Below, one piece after another: positions 20,514-33,471 of a stretch of 64,000 nucleotides of DNA. Each line of letters opens with the position of its first letter. Positions within the stretch are counted from its first letter, which is position 1. Under the pieces are notes generated by a model. It saw only the letters and a list, made by a program, of their open reading frames with translations, was not told the origin of the DNA and made no database searches. The stretch is from positions 867,537 through 931,536 of the forward strand of contig MU054204.1 of the NCBI GenBank assembly GCA_013239625.1, given 5' to 3'. Source of the stretch: Lama guanicoe (taxonomy: Eukaryota). The translations under genes were made by a program, and so were the position numbers.

Positions 20514-22135
20514 TTACTGCTACGGGAAAAATGAAGAAAACAATGGGCAGAACACTCAGCACGTTCTTGGAGCAAAGTGCTAGTTCTGGTGCAACTGATT
20601 TGAGCAGTGTGGCCATTTTTTTCCTTGACACAAACCACAATTATTTAAGTATTTCTTCTCTTCATTGCTTTTTGATTCCTAAACAGAGGTTTTGGAGATT
20701 CTGCCCATGATGCACCTGATGGCCACTGGGCCTTTTAATGGGGCTACTGATTAAAATGCCAACCGTACAAACCACATACAGGATCTCGAAGAAGAAAACA
20801 AGCAGGTTTCCCAGCACAGGTATTTTATGAACACAACGTTGTGTATAATCCCACAGTAGGACATATAAAATAGTATGTCCAAACTCACTTTTTGAAATCC
20901 ACTTTTTGAAAGAAAATAGTAACTGTGTGGAAAGACGGGGAGGTAGAAATCTTTTTGTAATTTTTCCAAGCTGAAATTCAGAAGGAAAAAAAAAAAGACA
21001 GGAGTGGAGCAGGGTGGAGAGACTGACCCCGTGATCCTTTTGCAGATTCTAAGGCAGAAGTCAAGAAGATGTAGCCAGCCAGCTCATAAATTTGCCACAA
21101 ACCACAACTAAATATAATTCAAAACACCTGGAAAGCTTAAAAAAAAAAAAAGACATGAACTGAAAGACCCTACAGATTTGGGCAGTTGTCAGAATTTGTG
21201 CTGCCAGACAGATGGCGTCAATGCTCTCTGGACAATGAGAGAAGTTAAAGGCTTAATTCATTCAACTGAGCAGCACCTCTGCACACGGATTACAATTTAC
21301 ACTTCATAATGTGCACTCCCACCAACGCCATCTGTTTAAGAGACCATCATTTGGGGTTGGGAAAGGAAGGAAAGAAAGTTCCCAGTCAAATTCTCACCAC
21401 CCTCAGTTACAGAGGCATGTTCACTTTGAGATAAATCACTAAGCTGGAACTTTGGATTTACACGCTATTTTGTACATGTGTTCTATTTTCATAGAAAAGT
21501 AAAAAACAAAACAAAACAACAAAACACAAAACTTCCCAGAATCCTTTGACTAAACTGGTAGCATCATTAAACATCTTGCTGCAAAAATGCTTGAACAGCA
21601 TAGCATGTCAGTCATTTGGAATAAGACTCACTGGTTGAGATGGAAATATAACTGTTTGTGGCACACGGATGATAAGAACCCACCTTGCATCTAAATGCAT
21701 ACAGGAGAAATGATTTATTGATTAAGGGGTATGCACACTGGACCGCTTAACCGAGAACATGACAATTCAGCAATTCAAACGTGGGGCAACTGTAATACTC
21801 TGTCAGTTTACAGTTTCCTCTAATCTCTAAAGGGAAATAAGGCATTATTGCATGCTGTGTGTCTGTGTAACAGTAATTAATAGCCGTTGGGTAAATAGGA
21901 ATCAATTTTTGAAGTTTCACAACATTCTTAACAAGCAACACTCCATGGACTGGGAATAACTGGTCTGAATTACCAGCAAAGGCCCCTGTGAGGCAGGACA
22001 CCCAACCCAAACCTGTGCCACAGTCAACCCTACAGTGGCCAAAAGGTTATGTAAACAGGGCAATCCTTGAAAGTGAGTATTCTGTATGTACCCTGACTAT
22101 CGTCAATTTAATATACTTTTAAAATACATGTTTTA

Positions 22136-22806
22136 CAGTATGGAGATTCCTCAAAAGACTAGGAATAGACTTACCATATGACCCAGGAATCCCACTCCTG
22201 GGCTTGTACCCAGACGGAAATCTACTTCAGGATGACACCTGCACCCCAATGTTCATAGCAGCACTATTTACAATAGCCAAAACATGGAAACAACCTAAAT
22301 GTCCATCAACAGGTGACTGGATAAAGAAGAGGTGGTATATTTATACAATGGAATACTACTCAGCCATAAAAACCGACAACATAACGCCATTTGCAGCAAC
22401 ATGGATGCTCCTGGAGAATGTCACTCTAAGTGAAGTAAGCCAGAAAGAAAAAGAAAAATACCATATGAAATCACTCATATGTGGAATCTAAAAAAAACCC
22501 AAAACAAACAAAGCATAAATACAAACAGAAATAGACTCACAGACATAGAATACAAACTTGTGGTTACCAAGGGGGCGGGGGGTGGGAAGAGACAGACTGG
22601 GATTTCAAAATTGTAGAATAGATAAACAAGATTANNNNNNNNNNNNNNNNNNNNNNNNNNNNNNNNNNNNNNNNNNNNNNNNNNNNNNNNAAAAAATGTG
22701 CAATGAATACACATATGTTCATGTATAACTGAAAAATTGTGCTCTACACTGGAATCTAACACAACATTGTAAAATGATTATAAATCAATAAAAAATGTTA
22801 AAAAAT
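22136..22806 (+). mobile_element. Young L1 3' end (ORF2 C-terminus plus 3' UTR)
   Basis: ORF track TCTPMFIAALFTIAKTWKQPKCP is the L1 ORF2p C-terminus. 15-bp TSD AAAATACATGTTTTA (22121-22135 / 22807-22821). Confidence 0.95.
22635..22690. other. Assembly gap (56 N)
   Basis: Run of N inside an L1 3' UTR. Confidence 1.
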
Positions 22807-23210
22807 AAAATACATGTTTTAATCAATTGCCTGCTAAATATGGTGGAAAACACATTTTAGGGGAAGAAAATGTTCTTTTTATTTGGATAAAAGAAGATTC
22901 ATTCATTCATTCATTCATTCAGCCAATATACATTGAAGGACTTAGCTGGCTGGATGCCAGGACACAATATTGTTTTTGGAAGACACATCTGACACGCTTT
23001 AGCATCTCAGGCTACTTGGGAAGGCAGTGGGGTAGGCAGTACAGAACAATTATAGAAAAATAAAATATGGTATGTAATCAGGTGCTAAGCGGTATAGTAT
23101 TAACTGTAAGTGGAGCAGCAGGAGTTTAAGTTCAGTACAGCTGTACAAGTAGAGGAAGGAGGGGGCAAATAGTCTGAGCCTTCTTGCAGGAGCAGATAAA
23201 AAGAGGGTGT

Positions 23211-24433
23211 TTTCATATCTTGGCTATTGTAAACAGTGATGTTATGAACATTGGGGTGCACGTTATCTTTTCAAATTAGAGTTCCCTCCAGATATATGCC
23301 CAGGAGTGGGATTGCTGGATCATAGGGTTAGTCTATTTTTAGTCTTTTGAGGAATCTCCATACTGTTTTCCATAATGGTTATACCAAACTGCATTCCCAC
23401 CAGCAGTGTAGGAGGGTTCCTTTTTCTCCATACCCTCTTCAGCATTTATCTGTGGACTTTTCAATGATGGCCATACTGACTAGTGATACCTCATTGTAGT
23501 TTTGATTTGCATTTCTCTGATAATTAGTGATATTGAGCATTTTTTCATGTGCCTTTTACCTATTTGTATGTCTTCACTGGAGAATTGCTTGTTTAGGTCT
23601 TCTGCCCATTTTTGGATCGGGTTATTCGGCTTTTTGTTATTAAGGTGTATGAGCTGTTTATATATTCTGGAAATTAAGCCCGTGTCAGCCGCTTTGTTTG
23701 CAAATATCTTCTCCCATTCTGCAGGTTGTCTTTTTGTTTTGCTTATGGTTTCCTTTGCTGCGCAAAAGCTTGTAAGTTTGGTTAGGTCCCATTTGTTTAT
23801 TTTTGCTTTTATTTCTATTGCCTGGGTAGACTGCCCTAGGAGAACACTGCTGAGTTTTATGTCAGAGAATGTTTTGCCTATGTTTTCACCTAAATGTCCA
23901 CTGACAGATGACTGGATAAAGAAGTTGTGGTATATTTATACAATGGAATACTACCCAGCCATAAAAAAGAATAAAATAATGCCACTTGCAGTAACATGGA
24001 TGAACCTGGAGATCATTAGTCTTAAGTGAAGTAAACTAGAAAAATAAAAAAATACCACATGATATCACTCATATGTGGAATCCAGAAAAAAAGACAAATG
24101 AACACAAATGAACTTATTTATAAGACAGAAACAGACTCACAGACATAGAAAACAAACTTATGGTTACCAGGGGATAAAGAGGGTAGGAAGGAATAAATTG
24201 GGAGTTCATGATTTGCAGATACTAACTACTATATATAAAATAGATAAACAAGTTTCTACTGTGTAACATAGGGAACTATATTCAATATCTTGTAGTAACC
24301 TATAATGAAAAAGAATATGGAAAGGAATATATGCATGTACATGTATGACTGAAACACTATGCTTTACACCAGAAATTGATACAACATTGTAAACTGATTA
24401 TACTTCAATAAAAAAATCTTAAAACAAAAAAAG
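23211..24433. mobile_element. 5'-inverted (twin-primed) L1
   Basis: 23211-23887 is antisense L1 and 23888-24433 is the sense L1 3' end. The two pieces are contiguous in the L1 sequence. Flanks share AGGGTGTT. Confidence 0.9.
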
Positions 24434-24564
24434 ACAGACAGGGTGTTCCAAGCCAGGGCAGGGATGTCTAATCAAAGGGCAAGGCAGTGTAAATCAGCAG
24501 GAGGCAGAGCTGTGCTACTCACAGTACAGTTCAAAGCCTAGTCCCAGTCCCCAAACTTTACTGC

Positions 24565-24818
24565 CAGTGCTCACCAAGATGAGCCTAGAAATTAATAAGC
24601 ACTTAGAAACTTTATAGCACTCTGACAGAGTAATTTTATGCTTCATGAGTCTGATAATAAAGATGAAGCTTTGTACATCTTTATTTTATGTCTTTATAAT
24701 TTCATTCTCCTAATGATTTTTATTGTATTATGCTAAAGTATCACTACAGGATGGGTTAGAAGCTAAAAAAAATTTCAAAAAGTGTATCTCTCAGCACAGC
24801 TCCTTGAGAAGCACTGGT
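24565..24818. mobile_element. Possible hAT-Charlie non-autonomous element
   Basis: Ends CAGTGCTCACCAA / TTGAGAAGCACTG resemble Charlie TIRs, with an AT-rich interior. Confidence 0.4.
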
Positions 24819-25020
24819 TGGGGAGAGTGACAATACATCTGACTCAAGGGTCCATGGTGCGGAGTAGAAGTAAGGGAAGACAAAGCTGGATAAATGAGGT
24901 GAGGCAAGATAACAAAGGCCTTGAAACCCAAGCACATGGAGGAATTTATGCTGGAGACAATAAGTATTGGAAAGTCATCCTAGGTTCATCAATAAGGAAA
25001 TGACATGAAGAAAGCAGTTA

Positions 25021-25304
25021 TTGACTCACAGACAGAAAACAAACTTATAGTTACCAGGGAGGAAAGGTGGTGGGGAGGGATAAATTGAGAGTTTGGGATT
25101 TGCAGATACAAACTACCATATATAAAAGAGATAAGTAACAAGGTCCTACTGTATAGCACAGGGAACTATAGTCAATATCTTCATAATAGCCCATAATGAA
25201 AAAGAATATGAAAAGGAATATATGTATGTATAACTGAATCAGTATTCTGTACCCCAGAAACTAACACAACATTGCAAATCAACTATATTTCAATTTTAAA
25301 AAAA
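25021..25304 (+). mobile_element. Young L1 3' end
   Basis: GACTCACAGACAGAAAACAAACTTATAGTTACC...polyA. Confidence 0.88.
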
Positions 25305-26651
25305 TCTAGAATAAGCCATTATTTTGTAGAGCAGAGTCCATTGGTTGGGTTTCATTGGATAGGAGCTCAAACTCTGTGGAAATAAAGGGATTAGAGTAGA
25401 TAGGAAATCTGGTAAGGAAGATGAACTGGACTGCCCCCTAGCCTGGGGTGGTGGACAACAGTGCTGTAGAACAAGTGGCACAGTTTAGTAGGCTAGCTAT
25501 CTGGGGGGTAAAAAAGGTGAACTTCAAGGTTTCTTGCTGGAGACCAGAAACAGAGGGATCTCACTTTTCTAAAAGGAAAAGCCGAGCCTTGACCAAGGAT
25601 GACAGGCAAAGACAGGCTAGTAAAGAATGTGAAGGACCCAAAACACTTACTTGGAGGATGGAGAGCTTTTTCTGGGGAGTAGGGGAAGGCAAGGAGTATA
25701 ACCATGGGAAGCAAGAGGTCTAGAAAAGTAACACTTTAAACACTGAGACTATGGAGCTGTATCTCATCCAATCTGCATAATCCATAATCTATATAGTTTC
25801 TACCCTGAGATTCTTCTGCAATGGAGTTAGTGTATGTTAAAATGGCCACCCTTTGAGGAAGGGCCTTTCTGAAAAGGTCTAAATATCAATACTTCCCTAG
25901 GCCTCCTTCTCACAGGCACAGGGAAGAGAATATTACCTGAGATTTAGAAGTCTAATTAAGATGCCCTCTGCTTGGGGACTTTCAGGAAGAATGTTCTACA
26001 ACACCTTGAAAACAGCCTCATGTGAAGTTTACACCACCACTGGTCTGTTAACATTTAGCCTGTGGTACGTAAGTACCTCCAAGGATATCTTATAAAGGGT
26101 AGTGATTTTTCCCCCCTTGCCATACTTGTACATGCTAGGCATTAATTCTAATGGATTTAATAAGCAGCAATTAATAGATTGTTTTTATATAAGTATATTG
26201 CTGTTTTTCCAAAAGCATATACAAACTGCTTCCAGAATCTGGTTGCGAGAAGGTCTTACCAGATAAGATACCATCTATCTTGTACAACAAATGCATTATT
26301 TATCCCACCCACCAAGGGAAAAAGGGTAGGATGAACCACAAACAACCTTGGACAAGTTTAAAAGATAAGAAAGGATTATGGGGCTACAGTCTCCGAAGAG
26401 TCCAAACTTCCTGAAACTTCAATAAACAGGCAATGTCAATCAAATATTTGCAAGACATAGGGTGGTGTGGGGGCACCAATGAGGATGAGAATATGTCATT
26501 TCAAAAATGTGTTGGCAATATAAACTGGTTCTCTTATCAGTACTCAAGCTTTTGACCTACTCTACACCCGTGTTAACAGAGTGTGTCTTGCATTTTTTTC
26601 TTATCTTCTGGTTTGGAAGATTATCAAGTCCAGTAGCTTCTTTTGCTATCT

Positions 26652-26746
26652 CTTTTTTTTCTTCTAATGTTGGTACCGGGGATTCAACCCAGGACCTCAG
26701 GCATGCTAAGCACATGCTTTCACCATTGAGCTATATTCCCAACCCC
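26652..26746 (-). mobile_element. Vic-1-type SINE
   Basis: GGGGATTCAACCCAGGACCTCAGGCATGCTAAGCAC...GAGCTATA. Confidence 0.85.
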
Positions 26747-26881
26747 CAGCACACAGAATGGGTACAAGTATCTATTTCTTAGACCAGCGTTTTCTAAACT
26801 CTGAATTATGGAACACTTGGTTATATGAGATATTACTGCATTCCTCAAAAAAACTTTTTAATATAATTGTTCTTTTTTTTT

Positions 26882-26916
26882 TACATTTGATCTTAGCCAA
26901 AAGGCTGAGAAGCGAT
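26882..26916 (-). pseudogene. RNU2: U2 snRNA 5' fragment retrocopy (35 nt plus A-tail)
   Basis: Reverse complement ATCGCTTCTCAGCCTTTTGGCTAAGATCAAATGTA versus U2 5' end ATCGCTTCTCGGCCTTTTGGCTAAGATCAAGTGTA (33/35), with an adjacent poly-T on +. Confidence 0.92.
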
Positions 26917-28319
26917 ATACAGTTTTTTTAAAAAATTTTGGAAAAATACACAAATGTATTAAAAGTTCTGAGAAGTCTTGCAATAAAGAAACACTATTAA
27001 AATTTCATTTACCTCATCATTTTGGAAATAACCAGAAAACCTTTCCCTCCTCCCTTAGAATGCTTATAAATCTCATGGAAAACACTGTTTTGTATAGGAA
27101 GTGCTACCTTGCCTAAGCAAAATCAATATTAAAATCAAAACTAAATGAAGGATGTCACTAGAAGGGTATAAAAAGGATTCGTGTGATTTTTTTTTGGAAA
27201 AATGTATAATTACTATCACTGTATCTTCGCTAAACTTCTATTACTCAAACCAAAAATGAAAGGTTTCAGATGCATTTGAATGAGGTGAAAAGTGTGGTGG
27301 AGATAATTTTATTTAAAAAGAGCAGATATTTTAAAAGCCATTTATACTGCATATTGGAATTCATTTCATATTTTTAAAGTATATTTACTTTCCCAGCTGT
27401 ACTTTCCATACTTTTCAATTTTATTCCTAGCTGACACTGGGGGAGAACATTTTCCAAAACAACAGACAGGCAGCAGGAGGAAGGCAGGTGGGATGTAAAT
27501 TTAGCCACAAACTGTCCATTCATAAATAGACTTGACTGAGGATATATTTTTAAAGCTTATAAATATATATTTATGATATTAATATTACATATATATTTAT
27601 ATAATTTTATTTTTAAATGTTCAGATACATAGCAAGCTAGAAGGCAATACAGTCACTTTGCTTTCAGGAAAAAAACTGCTGTATTCTGCTAAATTTTAAG
27701 ACAGTTTATTAGATCTGCTAGAGTAGAGAAGATAGATTTTTAACATTTTCTCCAATAACTGACTTTTTCCAAAATTAAAAATGAGAAAAGATGGAAAATT
27801 AAACCATGAATACAAAGGGAAACAATCATTCTTGAAGGTCTGCCACAAATGAAGGAGCTAAACATAAAGATTAAAAAAAAAACCAAGGATTTTTAAAATT
27901 TAAACAAACAAACCCTTACATACATTTGACTAAGAGAAAAGCAACTTATTTTTCTGTCCTTAGGGGAAAAATGCCACAGATGTTTTAAAAACATAATATT
28001 AATTTTTAATAATAGAGAAAATGAATACCTAAAGCTGTACAAGAAGCCAGACGTCTCGGCAGATGGCAAAACAACAGCTCCTTTGAAATGAAACACTATT
28101 TTTTTTCAAATCTCAAAGAATAACTGGTATTATTAATAAAAAATAATCAAGAGAGGAAGCAATTACTATGACTTTTTTCTCTTCATCTATAAAATGGAGA
28201 TAATAACAGTATTTATTTCTTGGGTTGAAGAGGGGATAACATGTAAACCTCTTAACACCACACCTAATAAAGCTTGCAAGCACAATGCTTAGCTCAATAC
28301 ATATTTATTATTTTAAATT

Positions 28320-29438
28320 ATATTTTTATTTATGTAAACTAAAACAAAAAGAGTTCACTCACTTCCCAGTTCACACCTCCTGCCTTGAACAATCATCAAT
28401 CTGTTCTCTGTATCTATAGGCTTAGTATTTTTTATTTTTATATATATATAAATGTGTGTATATACACACACACATATACATACACATACATATATATCAT
28501 GTATGTGTGTATATATAATTTATATATATAATTCATATATATATATCAGACTTCACATATAAGAAAGAGCACATGGTATTTGTCTTTCTCTGACTTATTT
28601 CACTTAGCATAATGCCCTCAAGGTCCATTCATGTTGTTGCAAATGGCAATATCTCCTTTTTATGGCTGAATAATATTCCATTGTACATATATACTACATT
28701 TTCTGTATCCATTTTTCCACTTATGGACACTGAGGTTAACTCTATATCTTCACTGTTATAAATAATGCTGCAGTGAACACGGTGGTGCATTTATCTTTCC
28801 AAGTTAGTGTTTTCATTTTCTTCAAATAGATACCCAGAAGTGGAAGTGCTGGATCATATGGTAGTTCTGTTTTTAATTTTTGGAGGACCCTCCATATTGT
28901 TTTCCCTAGTGGCTGCACTAATTTACATTCCCACCAGCAGTGTACAAGGGCTCCCCTCCCTCTGTGTCCTCTGCAACACTTGTTATTCCTAGTCTTTTTG
29001 ATAATAGCCACTCTAACAGGTGTGAGGTGAAATCTCATTGTGGTTTTTTCACACCTCCCTGATGATTAATGATGTAGAGTATCTTTACTGAATTTGCTTA
29101 TTAGTTCTAACAGTTTTTTAATATACAATTTTGGTTTGGTTTTTACGACTTAATTATTATTTGGGCTTTTTTTTGGTCAGGGGAGGTAATTAGGTTTGTT
29201 TATTTATTTATTGTAATGGAGGCAATGGGGATTGAACCCAGGACCTCGTGCGTGCTAAGCATGTGCTCCACCACTGAGCTCTACTCTGTCCCCCTAACAG
29301 TTTTCTGATGGAGGCTTCAGGGCTTTCTATATATAATATCATGTCATCTGCAAATAGTGACAGTTTCATGTCTTCCTTTCCAATATGGATGCCTTTTATC
29401 TCTTTGTCTCGCCTAATTGCTCTGGTGAGGATTTCCAA
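28320..29438 (-). mobile_element. L1 3' region/ORF2 fragments with an inserted SINE (29170-29293)
   Basis: ORF track HLTPVRVAIIKKT..HCWWECKLVQPL and [11 protein letters not shown] are L1 ORF2p motifs. The SINE has TSD CTAACAGTTTT. Confidence 0.88.
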
Positions 29439-29440
29439 TA

Positions 29441-29780
29441 CAGGCACACCCTGGAGATATTGTGGGTTCAGTTCCAGACCACTACAATGCAGTGAATATC
29501 ACAATAAAGAAAGTCATATCAACTTTTTGGTTTCCCAGTGCATATGAAAGTTACATTTACACTGTACTGTAATCTATTAAGTATGGAACAACATTATGTC
29601 TAAAAAAAGTACATACCTTAATTTCAAAAATACTTTATTGTTAAAAAATGCTCACCATCATCTGAGCCTTCAGCAAGTCATAATCTTTTTGCTGGTGGAG
29701 GGTCTTGCCTCAATGTTGATGGCTGCTGACTGATCAGGGTGGTGGTTGCTGAAGGCTGGAATGGCTGTCACAATTTCTTA
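29441..29780. mobile_element. Tigger1 terminal fragment
   Basis: TA then CAGGCACACCCTGGAGATATTGTGGGTTCAGTTCCAGACCAC...TTTTTGGTTTCCCAGTGCATAT, the Tigger1 terminus. Confidence 0.88.
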
Positions 29781-29786
29781 CAATAA

Positions 29787-30150
29787 TGGGGGAGGGTATA
29801 GCTCAAGAGGCAGAGCACATGCTCTATATCTCCTTCACTTCTGAATGATAACTTTGCCAGGTAGTATTGGAAGATTTTTCTTTCAGTAGTTTGAATATAT
29901 CATGCCACTCCACCCTTACCTTCAAAGTTCCTGCTGAAAAACCTGCAGATAGTTTTATGGGGAAGTTCCCCTGGATGTAACAAGTTGTTTTTCTGTTGCT
30001 TTTAATATTCTTTGTCTTTAACTTTTGACATTTTAATTATGTGTCTTAGTGTGGAGCTCTCTGGGTTCCTCTTATTTGGAATCTCTGGGCTTCCTAGATA
30101 TGGATGTGTGTTTCCTTCTCTAGGTTAGGGAAGATTTCAGCTGTTATTTA
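29787..30150. mobile_element. Truncated SINE head (29787-29823, +) fused to an antisense L1 ORF1-region fragment
   Basis: GGGGGAGGGTATAGCTCAAGAGGCAGAGCACATGCT runs directly into ATCTCCTTCACTTCTGAATGATAACTTTGCC. Confidence 0.7.
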
Positions 30151-30599
30151 AAAAGCAAACCAAGCCAAAGTAGAAAGTTTTAACAAAACTAAAAGTAAAT
30201 ATGCAAAGTCACAAGGATAGGGTAAAAACTGCAGCAATTAAGATAATATAAGAAAAACAAATATAATAAGATGGATGGCCTAACAAGTATATAAGAAAGA
30301 CTACCATTCTATGGCAAATAACCATTAGGTTATTAGAAATGAATCACTGGGCACAGCTATAAGAAATTGAGGCAATACTATAAATTAAGGAAGTAAGACT
30401 ATCTTTGAACCATCCCTCAAATCCACTAGAGTATGAATTTAAAAAGAAAAAAGTTCACTGCTAAGTGTTAAATACAATTATAATGCTAAATTTTATGCAG
30501 TAAACACAATAAAAATAATTTTAGATTGGATTAAACAAATTTGACCCTAACTGATTATTTTTAAAAAATACACATTTAAAATGGCTACTCCTGCAATGG

Positions 30600-30877
30600 C
30601 ACAGAAACAGACTCTCAGACATAGAAAAAAACCTTGTGGTTATCAAACGGGAGAAGGAAGTGGTATGAGACAAACTATGGATATGCGAATAACTGATACA
30701 AACTACTGTGTATAAAATAGATAAGCAACAAGGATATACTATAGATCAAAGGGAATTATATCCATTATCTTATAATAACCTATAATGGAATATAAACTGC
30801 AAAAATAATGAATCACTATGCTGTATACCTAAAACTAACATAATATTATAAATCAACTATACTTCAATTTAAAAAAA
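30600..30877 (+). mobile_element. L1 3' end
   Basis: ACAGAAACAGACTCTCAGACATAG...polyA, flanks AAAATG(G)CTAC. Confidence 0.88.
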
Positions 30878-30899
30878 ATGCTACACTTTTTAGCTTTGC

Positions 30900-33080
30900 T
30901 AGTACAAATTAAAAGACTGGACTTTAGTCACAGAATCTGAAAAAAAGCAAATTTTAAATAAAAACAGAGATTACAAAATAATAAACAAAGGTACCAGATA
31001 ATGATGTTTTAAATATCCAGGAAATAAAATAAAATCTAATCATTTTTCACAAAAGAAAAACTGATAAATTTAACATGACAGAGACAAACACAATTCTAGT
31101 TGGAGAACTATTCCATTATTTGAATATGAGGAATCAAATTAGCAGCAAAAACAACAATGAAAGAATTCAGTGTATCTAAACAAAATAACACAATATAATC
31201 ATTCAGTTTATCATAATATTCAAGTGGAAAATGTCGGGAATTTTTTTTCACAAAAATTTATCATATATTCAGATACAAAAACATTCTCAATAAGTAGAAA
31301 TGGCAAGATTTTTACACAGCACAAGGCAGTAAGATAAGAAATGAGATAAAAGAACACAAACCACATGGAAACTGTAAAGTATATCTTTCTTAAATGACAA
31401 CTAAATAAAGAAAGTAAGGAAATATTTAAAATATAAATATGAATCAAAACATATCTATACCTCTACATGCCTCTCTTAAGAAAAGGGCAGCTTGGAGACA
31501 TGGAAACAACCTAAATGTCCATCAGCTGATGACTGGATAAAGAAATTGTGGTATATTTACACAATGGAATACTACTCAGCCATAAAAAGAGTAAAATAAT
31601 GCCATTTGCAGCAACATGGTTGGATCTAGAGATTGTCATTCTAAGTGAAGTAAGCCAGAAAGAGAAAGAAAAATACTGTATCATAAAAGAAAGAAAAATA
31701 CCATATGATATCACTTATATGTGGAATCTTTAAAAAAAAAGAGACAAACTTATTTATAAAACAGAAACAGACTCACAGACATAGAAAACAAACTTGTGGT
31801 TATGGGAGGGGGGTGGGGAAGGGCATAGGAAGGGATAAAATGGGAGTTTGAGATTTGCAGATATTAACTAATACATATACAATATATAAACAACAAGTTC
31901 CTACTGTATAGCACAGGGAACTATACTCAATATCTTGTAGTAACTTATGGTGAAAAGGTGAAAAAGGAAAATGAATATACGTATGTTCGTGTATGACTGA
32001 AGCACTATGCTGTACACCAGAAATTGACACAACATTGTAAACTGACTGTACTTCAATTTAAAAGATATATATACAAAAAAAAAGAAAAAGAAAAAGGCAG
32101 TTTGGAAAAAACTAATAAAGTTGATAAACTGCTAATACAATTCAACAAAAGAGAAAAGTACACAAATTATTGACTTTAGAGATAAATATTTAATGCAAAG
32201 ATGATTTAAATTATAAGTTCCATATGCAAATTTTTTAAGAAAGAAAAGGAATAATTTTCTAAAAATGAACAAAGAAAAAAGCCCAAGTATCTAAAGTGAA
32301 ATAAGGAATATAAATAGGCCAAAGAAATAAGTGCTATTATCAACAAACTTCAAAAGAAACACAGAAATAGTACTTAAATGTTAAAATTAAATGAATAGTA
32401 ATCCTATTACACAAATGATTCCTTAAAGTATTCTATTAAATTTATTTTCATGAGGTGAACATCAGCCTGATTACTAAACCCGACTTATGGCTAAACTCAG
32501 AAAAGGAAAATTATAGATTGGTCTTATCTGTGAACATAGATGCAAAATTTTCAATGAAATTTTAGCAAACAATACACCAGTACTTTAAAAGAACTGATCT
32601 TTATGGTCATTCAGGTTTTCACCTGAGGTTGCAAAACTGATTTTAATTAAGACCAGTGATTCACGAGGAAAATAGTAAAAATAAAATTGAGTGAATAAAT
32701 GTGGTTTTAAAAATCTGAAAATTCAACATTCATTTCTGATTTTTAAAGTAGAAGGATTTTCTTTTAATTATAAATGAGATGCCTGAAAGAAGTTAACACT
32801 ATTCTTAAAGCAGACATATTAAAGGAGTACATCTAAAAAAAGAAGAAAAACCACACAAAAATGTCTAGTCACCATTCCTAATTAATCACATTAGAAAATG
32901 TGACCATTGTAACCACGTAAGAAAAATGAGTAATATAAGGAGGTAAGATTAAAACAGCACTATTTGCACACTACATAATTCTATAACCTAAATGAGCAAG
33001 ATATTCAAGAAACAAAAGTAATGAGTTCCACAAACGGGCAAATTATAAGATAAAATCTCAAAAATCTATTCAATTCCCAC
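30900..33080 (+). mobile_element. Very old, A-rich L1 ORF2 remnant with young L1 inserts
   Basis: Degenerate L1 ORF2 motifs (GAACATAGATGCAAAA.., AAAATTCAACATTCATTTCTGAT) and strong A bias. Confidence 0.55.
31496..32094 (+). mobile_element. Young L1 3' end
   Basis: GACATGGAAACAACCTAAATGTCC...polyA, flanks AAAA(G/A)GGCAG(C/T)TTGGA. Confidence 0.92.
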
Positions 33081-33107
33081 TCCAATAATAATAGATAATA
33101 AACATCT

Positions 33108-33471
33108 ACCAGAAAGAGAAAAAAAATCATATGCTATCACTCATATATGGAATCTAAAAAAAAAAAGACAAGTAAATTTCTTTATAAAACAGAAACAAAC
33201 TCACAGACATAGAAAACAAACTTATGGTTACCAGGGGGAAGGGATAAACTGGGAGTTCGAGATTTGCAGATACTAACTGGTATATATGAAATAGATAACA
33301 AGTTTATACTGTATAGCACAAGGAACTATCTATATTCAATATCTCGTGGTAGCTTACGGTGAAAAATATCAAAACTAATATGTGTATATTCATGTATGAC
33401 TGAAGCATTGTGCTGTACACCAGAAATTGATACAACATTGTAAATTGACTACACTTCAATTTAAAAAAAAA
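33108..33471 (+). mobile_element. Young L1 3' end
   Basis: L1 3' UTR with TSD TAAACATCTACCA. Confidence 0.92.

Noticed and set aside
23502..24029. 175-aa ORF
   Set aside because: Chimera of antisense L1 and sense L1 ORF2 across the inversion junction.
26260..26346. 87-nt exon-like segment on - (pyrimidine tract, CAAG acceptor, GTAAGA donor)
   Set aside because: No translation resembles ClC-5, and two of three frames contain stops. Such pseudo-exons are common in long introns, so RNA-seq junction reads would be needed.
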